A stretch of 32,000 bases of DNA from Ktedonobacterales bacterium (GCA_030167145.1 CP126532.1:2100001-2132000), one strand, 5' to 3'; positions 1 through 8,360 are shown, numbered from the stretch's first letter. A program made the numbers and translations. Notes: generated by a model not told the origin, from the sequence alone.

Positions 1-14
1 CGGCTGTGCCGCGC

Positions 15-43
15 GAACACAACCGATCAAACAGTTGTGTTTC
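15..43 (+). terminator. AT-rich hairpin, possible terminator of a gene lying upstream of the window
   Basis: GAACACAAC (15-23), 10-nt loop, GTTGTGTT (34-41), then TCTCAT. The stem is AT-rich, so support is weak. Confidence 0.25.
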
Positions 44-129
44 TCATAAGCGCATGTCGCGCATCAGGTCTCATTTGATGACCGTGATTCAACGCCATTG
101 CGATCTCCGCCATGGGGCAGTGAAGGTAT

Positions 130-912
130 TCATCCCTCTCGCTTGATACTCCTGAGAGGTCTGGGAGGGACGATATGGACCGTGAGGAGAGAGGGGCTAG
201 TCATCAAGGCGTCCAGGACCAGACGTTGGGACTCGGTAATATGGGCGTTCGCCATCCGTCTGGATGCCTCACCATCCCCCGCGATCAGGGCATCCACGAG
301 ATCCTTGTGTTCTCGCACAGCCTCATCAGTAGGACTACGAAGGGGAGCGCTGAGGTGAAGCAGCCGCTCACTTTCGTCGAGCACCTGCCGGACTGCTCTG
401 GCAAGGCGACGATTACCAGAGGCATCGGCTATCGTGGCATGGAAGAGGTAGTTAGCGCGCAGATAGCGTTCCTCACTCTCAACGTCATCCGCTGTGTACT
501 GGGCCGCGCACAACTCATCAAGGCGTTGCAGATCCGTGGCGGGGATGTGTCCGGCTGCAAGTTGCGCCGCGGCTGACTCGACGATCCGCCGAAAACTAAA
601 GAGATCATGGACGTCGCCCAGCGTAATGGGTATCACTTCATATCCATGACCGGGAATGCTTTCCACTAGGCCCTCCTGAATTAACCGTGTCAAGGCCTCC
701 CGGATCGGTGTTTTGCCGATTCCTGTTTCGCTCGCAAGTTGAGCCTCTGTGACACGTTCTCCTGGAGCCAGTTCGCAGTGGATGATACGACGCTTCAGCT
801 CGGTATAGGCCGTGTCCCCTTGTGAGTGAGCCTCAGCTTTCCTCAATGTTGTGTTGCGGCGCGACCGACCGTCGTCCGGGTCACTAGGATCAGAACCGCG
901 CTTCTTGGCCAT
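130..912 (-). CDS. GntR-family transcriptional regulator (FadR/FCD-type C-terminal domain)
   Basis: The winged-HTH segment LAPGERVTEAQLASETGIGKTPIREALTRLIQEGLV is typical of GntR. An all-helical C-terminal half follows. ATG at 912 lies 9 nt after GGAGA; an alternative in-frame ATG is at 921. The gene is divergent from the oxidoreductase gene across an AT-rich region containing ACTAGTATAC (966-975), two overlapping palindromes. Confidence 0.85.
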   Translation of the reverse strand: MAKKRGSDPSDPDDGRSRRNTTLRKAEAHSQGDTAYTELKRRIIHCELAPGERVTEAQLASETGIGKTPIREALTRLIQEGLVESIPGHGYEVIPITLGDVHDLFSFRRIVESAAAQLAAGHIPATDLQRLDELCAAQYTADDVESEERYLRANYLFHATIADASGNRRLARAVRQVLDESERLLHLSAPLRSPTDEAVREHKDLVDALIAGDGEASRRMANAHITESQRLVLDALMTSPSLLTVHIVPPRPLRSIKREG

Positions 913-1024
913 GGCGCACATTCTCCAGGTTCGTAGGGCAAGACTACTGTGTCATGGAATCATAAACTAGTATACCGCAATATATTCAGAAAAACAATGC
1001 ACACCGTTCTGCAACGCACTAACA

Positions 1025-1053
1025 TTGTATTTTAAAAACCTTTGTGATATATT
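1025..1053 (+). promoter_or_regulatory. candidate sigma70-type promoter for the oxidoreductase gene
   Basis: TTGTAT (1025-1030), 17-nt spacer, TATATT (1048-1053), about 40 nt upstream of ATG 1092. Pattern match only. Confidence 0.3.
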
Positions 1054-1091
1054 TCTCGCATCAAACAGTGACTCTTAAGTGAGGTAACGCG

Positions 1092-2426
1092 ATGTCATCC
1101 TCTTCGCCAATTTTAGGAAAAGCCGCGCAGGTCGTCATCATTGGCGGAGGCGTTTCAGGAGCGCTCATCGCTGCGCGCCTTGCGGAGCACGGCTTTCACG
1201 TCATCACGCTAGAAAAGGCCGCGATCGGCAATGGGTCATCAGGAAGATCAGCGGCTGGTATTCGCACGCAATGGGGGACGCCAGATTCAGTTGCTGGCAT
1301 GCTTTACTCAGAATGGTTCTACACGCACTTTCATGACCTCTTGCATTCTGCCCCCGATGATCAGACATGGGTCATCAGGCAAAACGGTTATTTGTTTCTG
1401 TATGAGCATCCCGAACTGTCACTGCCGCCCTGGCAGCTTGGGCGTCGGAGAGCAGCGACGCAAGCATGGCAAGCCGCGCAAGCATATGTCGCGATGCAGC
1501 GCAAATTAGGTGTCAGCGTTGAGGTTCTGGAGCCGCGGGAAGTCCAGCGCCACTGGCCCCACATTCTGGCAGAGCGGCTGATTGGAGCAACCTGGGGGCC
1601 ATACGACGGCTTTCTGAACCACGATCTCATCTACTCGCGTGGCTTTGCGCGAGCGCAAGCGCTAGGCGCGGAACTGCGCCAACATGTCGAAGTAACAGGA
1701 GCCAGGACGCATGGTGGACGTATCCTCAGCTTGGATACTACTGCTGGATCTGTCGAAGGTGATTGGTTCATCAATGCCACTGGCGCATGGGCGCCTCGTG
1801 TCAGCCGCTCCATTGGAGGGATGGAGTTGGCAATAGCGCCGGTAAAACGCTTCCTGTATAGTTTGAAACCCGCGCGGCCCATTATGAGCGCTGAAGCGTG
1901 GAGCGCAATGCCAATGACCATGTATGGTGTTGGACCAGAACGTGGCGCATATTCTCGCCCAGACGGGGAAATCTTAATGACTGGCTGGGCGCATGAAGCG
2001 CTGTCGGAACCGGATTTTACAGACGACGAACAGGATGCGATCCCTCCAGAATTTCATCACCAGTACGGACTGGAAAACTACGGGTATGCGATCTTGGCTG
2101 AGATTGAGCGCTTCGCGCCCGACCTGGCGAATTGTGGGGGGCTGCACGCAACCACCTGTGGCTACTATGAAATGACGCCTGACAGCAATCCCCTCATCGG
2201 CGCCGACGCCAACATAGAGAACCTCGTCCATGCGGCTGGCTTTTCCGGCCATGGACTCATGCATGCCCCAATCACAGCAGCGGTGGTTGAGGCGATTATC
2301 ACCGGTGAGGTGAAAGATGGGTTGATGCGCCTACCGCCACCTTGTGCCGAGCGCCATATTTCCCTAGACACCTTCGATCCCTCCAGAGATTTCAGCCAGT
2401 CACATCGCGAGATGCTGGTGTTCTGA
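1092..2426 (+). CDS. FAD-dependent oxidoreductase (DAO / glycine-sarcosine oxidase-like)
   Basis: N-terminal Rossmann motif VVIIGGGVSGALIAARLAEHGFHVITLEK. C-terminal HAAGFSGHGLMHAP is typical of the DAO family. SD-like GAGGT lies 6 nt before the ATG. Confidence 0.85.
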   Translation: MSSSSPILGKAAQVVIIGGGVSGALIAARLAEHGFHVITLEKAAIGNGSSGRSAAGIRTQWGTPDSVAGMLYSEWFYTHFHDLLHSAPDDQTWVIRQNGYLFLYEHPELSLPPWQLGRRRAATQAWQAAQAYVAMQRKLGVSVEVLEPREVQRHWPHILAERLIGATWGPYDGFLNHDLIYSRGFARAQALGAELRQHVEVTGARTHGGRILSLDTTAGSVEGDWFINATGAWAPRVSRSIGGMELAIAPVKRFLYSLKPARPIMSAEAWSAMPMTMYGVGPERGAYSRPDGEILMTGWAHEALSEPDFTDDEQDAIPPEFHHQYGLENYGYAILAEIERFAPDLANCGGLHATTCGYYEMTPDSNPLIGADANIENLVHAAGFSGHGLMHAPITAAVVEAIITGEVKDGLMRLPPPCAERHISLDTFDPSRDFSQSHREMLVF

Positions 2427-2553
2427 TGGGCAGGCGCTACGCTGTGTATGCTGAGCTGTGGTTGCCAGCGCGGCTGGTCACAGTCATCGGCCCACCGCCT
2501 GGCGCCCACGCAACCCAACCTGCCCGTTAGCCACTCCCTCGAAGAAGAGCCAC

Positions 2554-2582
2554 TTGCGCGGTGAACACCTGTTCGCTATACT
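2554..2582 (+). promoter_or_regulatory. candidate sigma70-type promoter of the DUF488 operon
   Basis: TTGCGC (2554-2559), 17-nt spacer, TATACT (2577-2582), about 50 nt upstream of ATG 2634, which is preceded by AGGAG. Confidence 0.4.
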
Positions 2583-2633
2583 GGACAGAAAGCGCAAGGC
2601 GAACGGTGCGCGCGTGGAAGCCAGGAGTACGCT

Positions 2634-3299
2634 ATGTCGGATGAGGCCCAGGGCGGTATAGCTGACGAGCCACTGGTAATTTACTCTGTTGGCCACTCCA
2701 ACCAATCCCTGGAAAAATTTCTGGCGCTGCTGGAAGCGCACCAGATTGCGCTGCTGGTGGATGTGCGCTCGTCGCCGTTCTCGCGCTACGTGACGTACTT
2801 CAATCGCCCGGAACTGGAATACGCCGTCGAGCATCGCGGCATCGGCTATCGCTTCATGGGGCAGGAGTTGGGCGGACGTCCTGAAGGCACACAGTTTTAC
2901 GACGATGAGGGCTACGTGCTCTATTATCGCGTCGCCGAAGCGCCGTTTTTCCTCAACGGGTTGAAGCGGTTGGAGCAGGCGGCGACCGACCAGCGCGTAG
3001 CGATCATGTGCAGTGAAGAAGATCCGACCAACTGCCACCGCCGCTTGCTGATTGGCCGCGTGCTGCGCGAGCGCGGCGTGCTGCTGCGCCACATTCGCGG
3101 CGATGGACGGCTGCAAGATGATGCCGAACTGACTGCGAGCGAGCAGCCCGCGCCCCAGGCGCAACTCTCGCTGTGGGGCGAGCCGGAAGCGGAAGAGGAG
3201 CAGGTGGAGGCATGGAAATCTATACGGCCGGTTTCACCAAGAAAAGCGCCGCAGAGTTCTTCGAGACGCTCCGACGAGCCGGAATACGGCGACTGGTAG
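2634..3299 (+). CDS. DUF488 family protein, paralog 1
   Basis: Motifs VIYSVGHSNQSLEKFLALL...LLVDVRSSPFSR...GIGYRFMGQELGGRP...IMCSEEDPTNCHRRLL match what I recall of DUF488. A roughly 60-aa acidic or low-complexity tail follows. Confidence 0.8.
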   Translation: MSDEAQGGIADEPLVIYSVGHSNQSLEKFLALLEAHQIALLVDVRSSPFSRYVTYFNRPELEYAVEHRGIGYRFMGQELGGRPEGTQFYDDEGYVLYYRVAEAPFFLNGLKRLEQAATDQRVAIMCSEEDPTNCHRRLLIGRVLRERGVLLRHIRGDGRLQDDAELTASEQPAPQAQLSLWGEPEAEEEQVEAWKSIRPVSPRKAPQSSSRRSDEPEYGDW

Positions 3300-3649
3300 A
3301 CATCCGGCTCAACAACTCGTCGCAGCTTGCGGGCTTCTCGAAGCGCAACGATCTCGCGTACTTCCTGCGCGAGATCTGCCAGGCCGACTATCTGCATGAG
3401 CCGCTGCTCGCGCCAACGCAGGAGCTACTCGACGCCTACCGCAAGGGCGGCGAAAGCTGGGAAGACTATGAGCGGCGCTTCCTGGCGCTGATGGCCGAGC
3501 GCAAGGTGGAGCAGCGCATTGGCAGGACGCTTTTCGACGTGCCCACCGTGCTGCTGTGCAGTGAAGCCACGCCCGAACACTGCCACCGGCGGCTCGTCGG
3601 CGAATATCTCAACGCGAAATGGGGCGATGTGAGGATGGTGCATCTGTGA
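3212..3649 (+). CDS. DUF488 family protein, paralog 2 (divergent subtype)
   Basis: MEIYTAGFTKKSAAEFFETLRRAGIRRLVDIRLNNSSQLAGF...LLCSEATPEHCHRRLV. ATG 3212 lies inside the 3' end of paralog 1, an 88-nt out-of-frame overlap. GAGGAG lies upstream. The ORF-track start at 3173 adds only a Gly/Arg-rich extension. Confidence 0.8.
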   Translation: MEIYTAGFTKKSAAEFFETLRRAGIRRLVDIRLNNSSQLAGFSKRNDLAYFLREICQADYLHEPLLAPTQELLDAYRKGGESWEDYERRFLALMAERKVEQRIGRTLFDVPTVLLCSEATPEHCHRRLVGEYLNAKWGDVRMVHL

Positions 3650-3667
3650 GTTGAAGGAAGGTGGAAG

Positions 3668-4354
3668 GTGCGGATAGTCGTCAATCATCTGACGCGCATG
3701 CAGCCAGGGTATATCTGTGTCGCAGGCATTGACCCGGAGACCGGCGCGCATATTCGCCCAGTGCTGTGGGGACGTCTGCCCGCCGCGCTGCTGGCGCGCT
3801 ATGGTGGCCCATTCGATATCGCGGCACTGGTGGATCTGGCGTCGGTGACGCAGGCGGGTGAGCCGCCAGAGGTGGAAGATCGTCGCTTCGACCGCCAGCG
3901 CGCCCATCGCCTGACCACCCTCTCCGCCGCCGAGTTCTGGCGGCAACTACAGCGCGCCGCGAAGCCCAGCCTGAGCGACATCTTCGGTTCCGCGCTACGG
4001 CAGCAGGGGCGCGCCTGTGTCACCCAGCCGGGTATGGGCAGCGCGTCGCTAGGTTGCCTGCTACCGGCGTCTCCGCCCACGCTGAGCTTGGACGCCCAAG
4101 GCAAGCCGCGTATGGATGTAACGGATGGCGTCTTCACCGTGAACCTCTCCGTCACCGATCTGCGGCTCTACCAGGGCGATCACGTCACACCCGACGAGGC
4201 CGTCATCGCGTGGGTTGCCGAACGGATACAAGCGGGAGTCGGCGTGATCTTGAGTGTCGGACTTACCCGCCCATACCCCGCTGATAACCCGAAGCACTGG
4301 TTGCAGGTGAACAATATCCATCTCGCAGACGACCCGGTATGGCGCCTGGGCTGA
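3668..4354 (+). CDS. hypothetical protein, third gene of the DUF488 operon
   Basis: GTG start 18 nt after the paralog 2 stop, preceded by GGAAGGTGGAAG. The 228-aa ORF has the codon usage and GC of its neighbours. N-terminus is MRIVVNHLTRMQPGYICVAGID and C-terminus is HWLQVNNIHL. I recognise no catalytic motif. Confidence 0.7.
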   Translation: MRIVVNHLTRMQPGYICVAGIDPETGAHIRPVLWGRLPAALLARYGGPFDIAALVDLASVTQAGEPPEVEDRRFDRQRAHRLTTLSAAEFWRQLQRAAKPSLSDIFGSALRQQGRACVTQPGMGSASLGCLLPASPPTLSLDAQGKPRMDVTDGVFTVNLSVTDLRLYQGDHVTPDEAVIAWVAERIQAGVGVILSVGLTRPYPADNPKHWLQVNNIHLADDPVWRLG

Positions 4355-4746
4355 GCCAGCCGACACAAGCCGCCGCGCCAGACCATCGGTCCGCCTGCCA
4401 ATAGTCCTACCCATTCTAGCCTTTTTGGCATCTCCGTTCCGGCGATTGTGGCCACATGGAGAGAACTGCATAAATGTCCCGTCGCGCGTCACCCCAAATG
4501 CGTAGTGGACGGCATAACAAACGCCTGGCTGGTAGCCGCAAAGCCGTTCTTTGTAAGGAATAAGGCGCGCTGGCGGCAGTGTGTTGCGGTCGAGCTTACA
4601 GTGAATGGACTGTGTGCAAATCGTTAGCCATTTCTGGCCTATCGAGTAGCCAATAGCGCCTAATTGACGTTGTCGCGTCAGATTGTGAGCGCTATGCCTC
4701 CTTGCTGATGAGTACATGCTGGGCGGTGAATGGTACTCCTATCTCG

Positions 4747-4775
4747 TTGACAGGCGGCGTTGTGGCGGGTACGCT
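4747..4775 (+). promoter_or_regulatory. candidate sigma70-type promoter of the membrane-protein gene
   Basis: TTGACA (4747-4752), 17-nt spacer, TACGCT (4770-4775), about 125 nt upstream of ATG 4901. Confidence 0.4.
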
Positions 4776-4900
4776 CCTTAGGCATTCGTAACGCCTGGCG
4801 TGTTTACTTACTTTCATGCTTTATGTCGTCACGCTGGCGTTTTCTAAATGGCGAGCGCTCCCATCTGTGTGGTGGCGCTTCCGAACAGGGAGGTAGTCCT

Positions 4901-6349
4901 ATGGCACGAGTTGCCACAACACCAACACGTGGAGAGAGTGCGGTTGCGAGCGGTTCCCGCTCGGACACGGAGAGCGCGGGAGTGGTCCCGGCCGGCGCGC
5001 AAGAGCAGAAAGATAAGGTCTTGCCCCTACCGGGGTGGCTGAAGAAGGCCTATTTCATTTTCCCGATTGTGCTCTATATTCCAGATGCGCTCTTCAACTA
5101 CTACGTCTATTCCGATGGCGGCACCGTCCACGATGCGAACCCGCTCATTCAAGCTGGCCAGGCGGCATTGTGGGGCTTCCTCGCGGTTGGCGTTGTTGGT
5201 ATGGCCTATCTCTTGTCGGTGCTGGCGCCGTGGCACTGGGGGCAGGGACATCGCATCCAGGCCTTCTTCTGCGGTCTTGGCGTGCTGATCGCCACCGGCA
5301 TCACCACCTGGAACAGCCTTGCCTATCGCAGCCAGGATTTCCACGCCTTCGCAACAGATAAATGGGCCTATAGTATCTGGCCAGAGCTTCAGGCAAATGG
5401 TGTCAGCATTACCATGATCCTCGTGGCTATCGCGCCACCGTTCTGGGGCCTCTTCTGGGCCATCGTTCAGCCAACCGAGACAGGTCGTACCCTGGGTCAG
5501 ATTCGCGAGTCGCACCAGGAACGTCTGTTGCGCCTGCAACAGGAGGCTGAGTTGAAGCAGGTGCGCGCCGACGCCAACGCCAAGATTCGCGCCGCGCAAC
5601 TGCGTGGCATGGCCGCGACCGCCGCCGCCGCCCGCGATCAGGCTGCTGGTCTGCTGAATCGCAATAAGGGCGAAGCCCAAACGGGTAACGCCGCGACCAC
5701 TAGCGATGGGCAATCCACAGCCGCTGACAACGTTGACGAGAACGCCGCGCAGACCGGCGATGATACGGACAACGGCGATGCATCGAAACTCATCCCGTAT
5801 CCGACGATGCCGTCGTTCGCGCCTTCGCGTGAGTATGCGAATGGCCGTGGTGGCGCGACGCTCTACAACCATGCCGCCGCATCAACTCCTGCCACCCACT
5901 CCGCGCCGATGGGACAGCGCGCAGCAATGTCGCAGCCGTCGCTGATCGGCGACGCTGACGTGCAGGGGCCGCGTGGCATTCCGTCGAGCGATACGATGCA
6001 GCCGCTGACTCCGCGCCGCCCGCCGATGCTGGGCGCATCCTTCGATAGCGGTGACCTCGACGGCATGACTGGCACTACTGGTCCCCGCCCGGCTGTGCGC
6101 CGCGCCGCTGAGCCAGGAGGACTGATTCGCGGCCTCAATGGGCCGAGCGCCGAGCATGTGCGGCTGGTAAAGCAGGCGATGCGTGAGCTGGGCATCTCGG
6201 AGGGCAAGCGCACTCTCACCGCGACTCAGGCCCGCACCTTGGTGCCGGTGGTGGCCGAACGGCTGAATGTGGACGAATCCTCCGCTAAGAGCCTCATCGG
6301 GCGAGTGATGAAGAGTGAGGCGCAGCGCGCCGCCCATAATCAAGACTAG
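4901..6349 (+). CDS. hypothetical integral membrane protein (about 4 TM, coiled coil, long disordered region, small helical C-terminal domain)
   Basis: ATG 4901 lies 7 nt after GGGAGG; the ORF-track start at 4760 is a TTG extension. Hydrophobic segments include YFIFPIVLYIP, ALWGFLAVGVVGMAYLLSVL, AFFCGLGVLIATGITTW and ITMILVAIAPPFWGLFWAIV. A coiled-coil-like segment ERLLRLQQEAELKQVRADANAKIRAAQL follows, then Ala/Gly/Pro/Thr-rich low complexity. Confidence 0.7.
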   Translation: MARVATTPTRGESAVASGSRSDTESAGVVPAGAQEQKDKVLPLPGWLKKAYFIFPIVLYIPDALFNYYVYSDGGTVHDANPLIQAGQAALWGFLAVGVVGMAYLLSVLAPWHWGQGHRIQAFFCGLGVLIATGITTWNSLAYRSQDFHAFATDKWAYSIWPELQANGVSITMILVAIAPPFWGLFWAIVQPTETGRTLGQIRESHQERLLRLQQEAELKQVRADANAKIRAAQLRGMAATAAAARDQAAGLLNRNKGEAQTGNAATTSDGQSTAADNVDENAAQTGDDTDNGDASKLIPYPTMPSFAPSREYANGRGGATLYNHAAASTPATHSAPMGQRAAMSQPSLIGDADVQGPRGIPSSDTMQPLTPRRPPMLGASFDSGDLDGMTGTTGPRPAVRRAAEPGGLIRGLNGPSAEHVRLVKQAMRELGISEGKRTLTATQARTLVPVVAERLNVDESSAKSLIGRVMKSEAQRAAHNQD

Positions 6350-6455
6350 CGCATACCAAAGCGCATAGCACGAGCCTCCCGATGAGCCAGGGCATACGGA
6401 CCCATACTCGCGGGGGGCTTTGCTATGACATCAGTTGCTAGAGCGCACACGCGGG

Positions 6456-6737
6456 CTAGACGCTGGCTGCGAAGACGCGCGGATCGGGAAGGGAAAGGCC
6501 ATCTTCCTGTGCATGCTGGATGAAGGTATCCAGCGCATCCCGCGCGCTCGTCAAGGCTTCTTCATAGGTCTGCCCATCACCAACCGGCATGGCATAGCGG
6601 TCAGCCCATTCCGGCAGAATCACGACGTATGCCTGATCGGCGTCACTCCACTCGATCACGATGGAATGGCGCGGGCTGATAGTGTTCGTCATGGCTGTTA
6701 CGTCATCGGCACGTATCTCGCGTTTCTTCCTCGGCAC
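6456..6737 (-). CDS. HicB-like antitoxin-domain protein (no HicA partner seen)
   Basis: SIVIEWSDADQAYVVILPEWADRYAMPVGDGQTYEEALTSARDALDTFIQHAQEDGLSLPDP matches the HicB-like (UPF0150) fold pattern. The start is uncertain: GTG 6737 or ATG 6692. Confidence 0.7.
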   Translation of the reverse strand: MPRKKREIRADDVTAMTNTISPRHSIVIEWSDADQAYVVILPEWADRYAMPVGDGQTYEEALTSARDALDTFIQHAQEDGLSLPDPRVFAASV

Positions 6738-6878
6738 GCCCGCCTGCTCGTACGCTTCATTCTAGCATAGTAGGAGGAATGGCGCGTCGCCTCGACAGGC
6801 TTTCCCCGTTTTGGGATAATGCTGGATGGTCAGTCTGTCGAAGTTTGCGATGGGTCCAGGATGAAGGAGGCGCATGTG

Positions 6879-8360
6879 ATGGGTGAGCATCCGTGTAGGC
6901 GCATCTTCTCTGTCACACAGCGACGGCTCGCGCCGCTCTCGGTTGTGGTTGCCATCTGCGCTGCGCTCGCGCTCAATCTGCTGCTGCCACGTACGCCCGG
7001 CCAGAGCGCGCGGGTGTACGCCTGCGGTTTGGGGCAGGGGCCAACGATGCTCGCCAACAAGATTGCGGCGATGCTCTATCCTGGCTCCAAGACATCCTCC
7101 AGCAGCGCGCCGATCATTGGCATGTTCGCGCCGACCTATATCGCTGGACAGCCGGTTGCCTTCGACGAAGATCTGAGCCAGATGGTGGGAGCGCCACCGA
7201 AAAACACCTTGACGTTGCGCTGGGATTTCGGCGACGGCGGTACCGGCAATGGCGTCAGCCCGCAGCATACCTACGCCAAGCCAGGCACCTATAACGTGGT
7301 TTCGTATATCATCGCCGATGGCACTGAGTCGTTCTTCGATAGCGCCGCGATTTCGGTCATCGGCGCGGCGTTTCCCGATCCGCCGGTCGCGGTGATCAAC
7401 GCCAGCGCGACCGCTGTGGCGGCTGGTTCCTCGGTTACGTTTGACGCCAATGGCTCACATGCGCTGGTGGGCACGAGCCTGACCTACTCGTGGAACTTTG
7501 CCGATAGCGATGTCGCGACGGGCGAGCATGTCTCGCATGTCTTCTCCGGGGCCAAGCTGGGCAGTAGCTTCGTGACGCTGATCGTTACCGACAGCCGGGG
7601 CGCGCGGAGTGTGGCGACCAGTCCGATTGTGGTGGTGCAAGAGTTGCCCAAGGCGCAGCTTACCGCCGACGACACCTCGGTCAGCACGGGCCAGAATGTC
7701 AGCTTCGACGCCTCGGACTCAACTCCGCCGACGCAGCCACCTGGCGACCAGCTCGCCCGCTACGTCTGGAGCTTCGGCGACGGCACGAGTAGCGTGACCA
7801 CCGCGATACCGCAGATACGCCATAGCTTCTTGAAGGCGGGCAATTTCACGGTGACGGTGCAGGCCTATGATCAACAGAATGCCTACGGCTCAGCGCAAGT
7901 TCGGATCAGCGTAGTGGCGCTGGCGAGCGTGGGCGGTGGTGGGGCGCCGTGGCTGCCCATTGGCGGCGTGCTGGTGTTGCTGGCACTGCTGGCTGGCGGC
8001 TATTTCTTCATACGGAATCAGCAGGAGCGCGCGGAACTTGAGCAACGGCAGATCGCGGCGCGTGAGCTTGCCCGCGCACGCCGCCTGCCATCGGGAACGC
8101 AAAGCCGCCAGCAAGATATGTTGCCGCGCCGTCTGCGTTCGGGCGGGTCTGGACAGCAGGGACAGTGGGGCGCACCATCGCGGCCCGGCGCGGGCAGTGG
8201 CGGCAGGTCCGCGCCACCATCGGGACGCCCACCATCGGGGCCGCAGAGTCAGCGGCCGCCCCGGCAGGGTGGCGGAAATGGGCAGGCGGGACGGCCACCC
8301 TATGGTTCGCGGCCACGAGCGCCGTATGATGAAGACGAGACTTCCGGCTGGCGTGGCTGA
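6879..8360 (+). CDS. membrane-anchored protein with three PKD domains and an Arg/Gly/Pro/Gln-rich cytoplasmic tail
   Basis: Three PKD signatures: WDFGDGGTGNGVSPQHTYAKPGTYNV, WNFADSDVATGEHVSHVF and WSFGDGTSSVTTAIPQIRHSFLKAGNFTVTV. There is an N-terminal signal or anchor LAPLSVVVAICAALALNLLL and a C-proximal TM LPIGGVLVLLALLAGGYFFI. GAAGGAGG (6863-6870) lies 8 nt before ATG 6879. Confidence 0.85.
   Translation: MGEHPCRRIFSVTQRRLAPLSVVVAICAALALNLLLPRTPGQSARVYACGLGQGPTMLANKIAAMLYPGSKTSSSSAPIIGMFAPTYIAGQPVAFDEDLSQMVGAPPKNTLTLRWDFGDGGTGNGVSPQHTYAKPGTYNVVSYIIADGTESFFDSAAISVIGAAFPDPPVAVINASATAVAAGSSVTFDANGSHALVGTSLTYSWNFADSDVATGEHVSHVFSGAKLGSSFVTLIVTDSRGARSVATSPIVVVQELPKAQLTADDTSVSTGQNVSFDASDSTPPTQPPGDQLARYVWSFGDGTSSVTTAIPQIRHSFLKAGNFTVTVQAYDQQNAYGSAQVRISVVALASVGGGGAPWLPIGGVLVLLALLAGGYFFIRNQQERAELEQRQIAARELARARRLPSGTQSRQQDMLPRRLRSGGSGQQGQWGAPSRPGAGSGGRSAPPSGRPPSGPQSQRPPRQGGGNGQAGRPPYGSRPRAPYDEDETSGWRG

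Noticed and set aside
4061-4717. 218-aa minus-strand ORF spanning the non-coding gap and the 3' end of the DUF488-operon gene
   Set aside because: It would overlap gene 3668-4354 by about 290 nt. Its composition is Cys/Arg-rich and it has no recognisable motif or SD. It is kept only as a possible decayed remnant in the finding on 4355-4900.
5027-5872. Large antisense ORFs inside GC-rich genes (5027-5872, 7890-8744, 24682-25398, 27014-27808, 2484-3164)
   Set aside because: All are opposite better-supported genes. They have Arg/Gly/Ala/His-biased composition typical of shadow frames in high-GC DNA.
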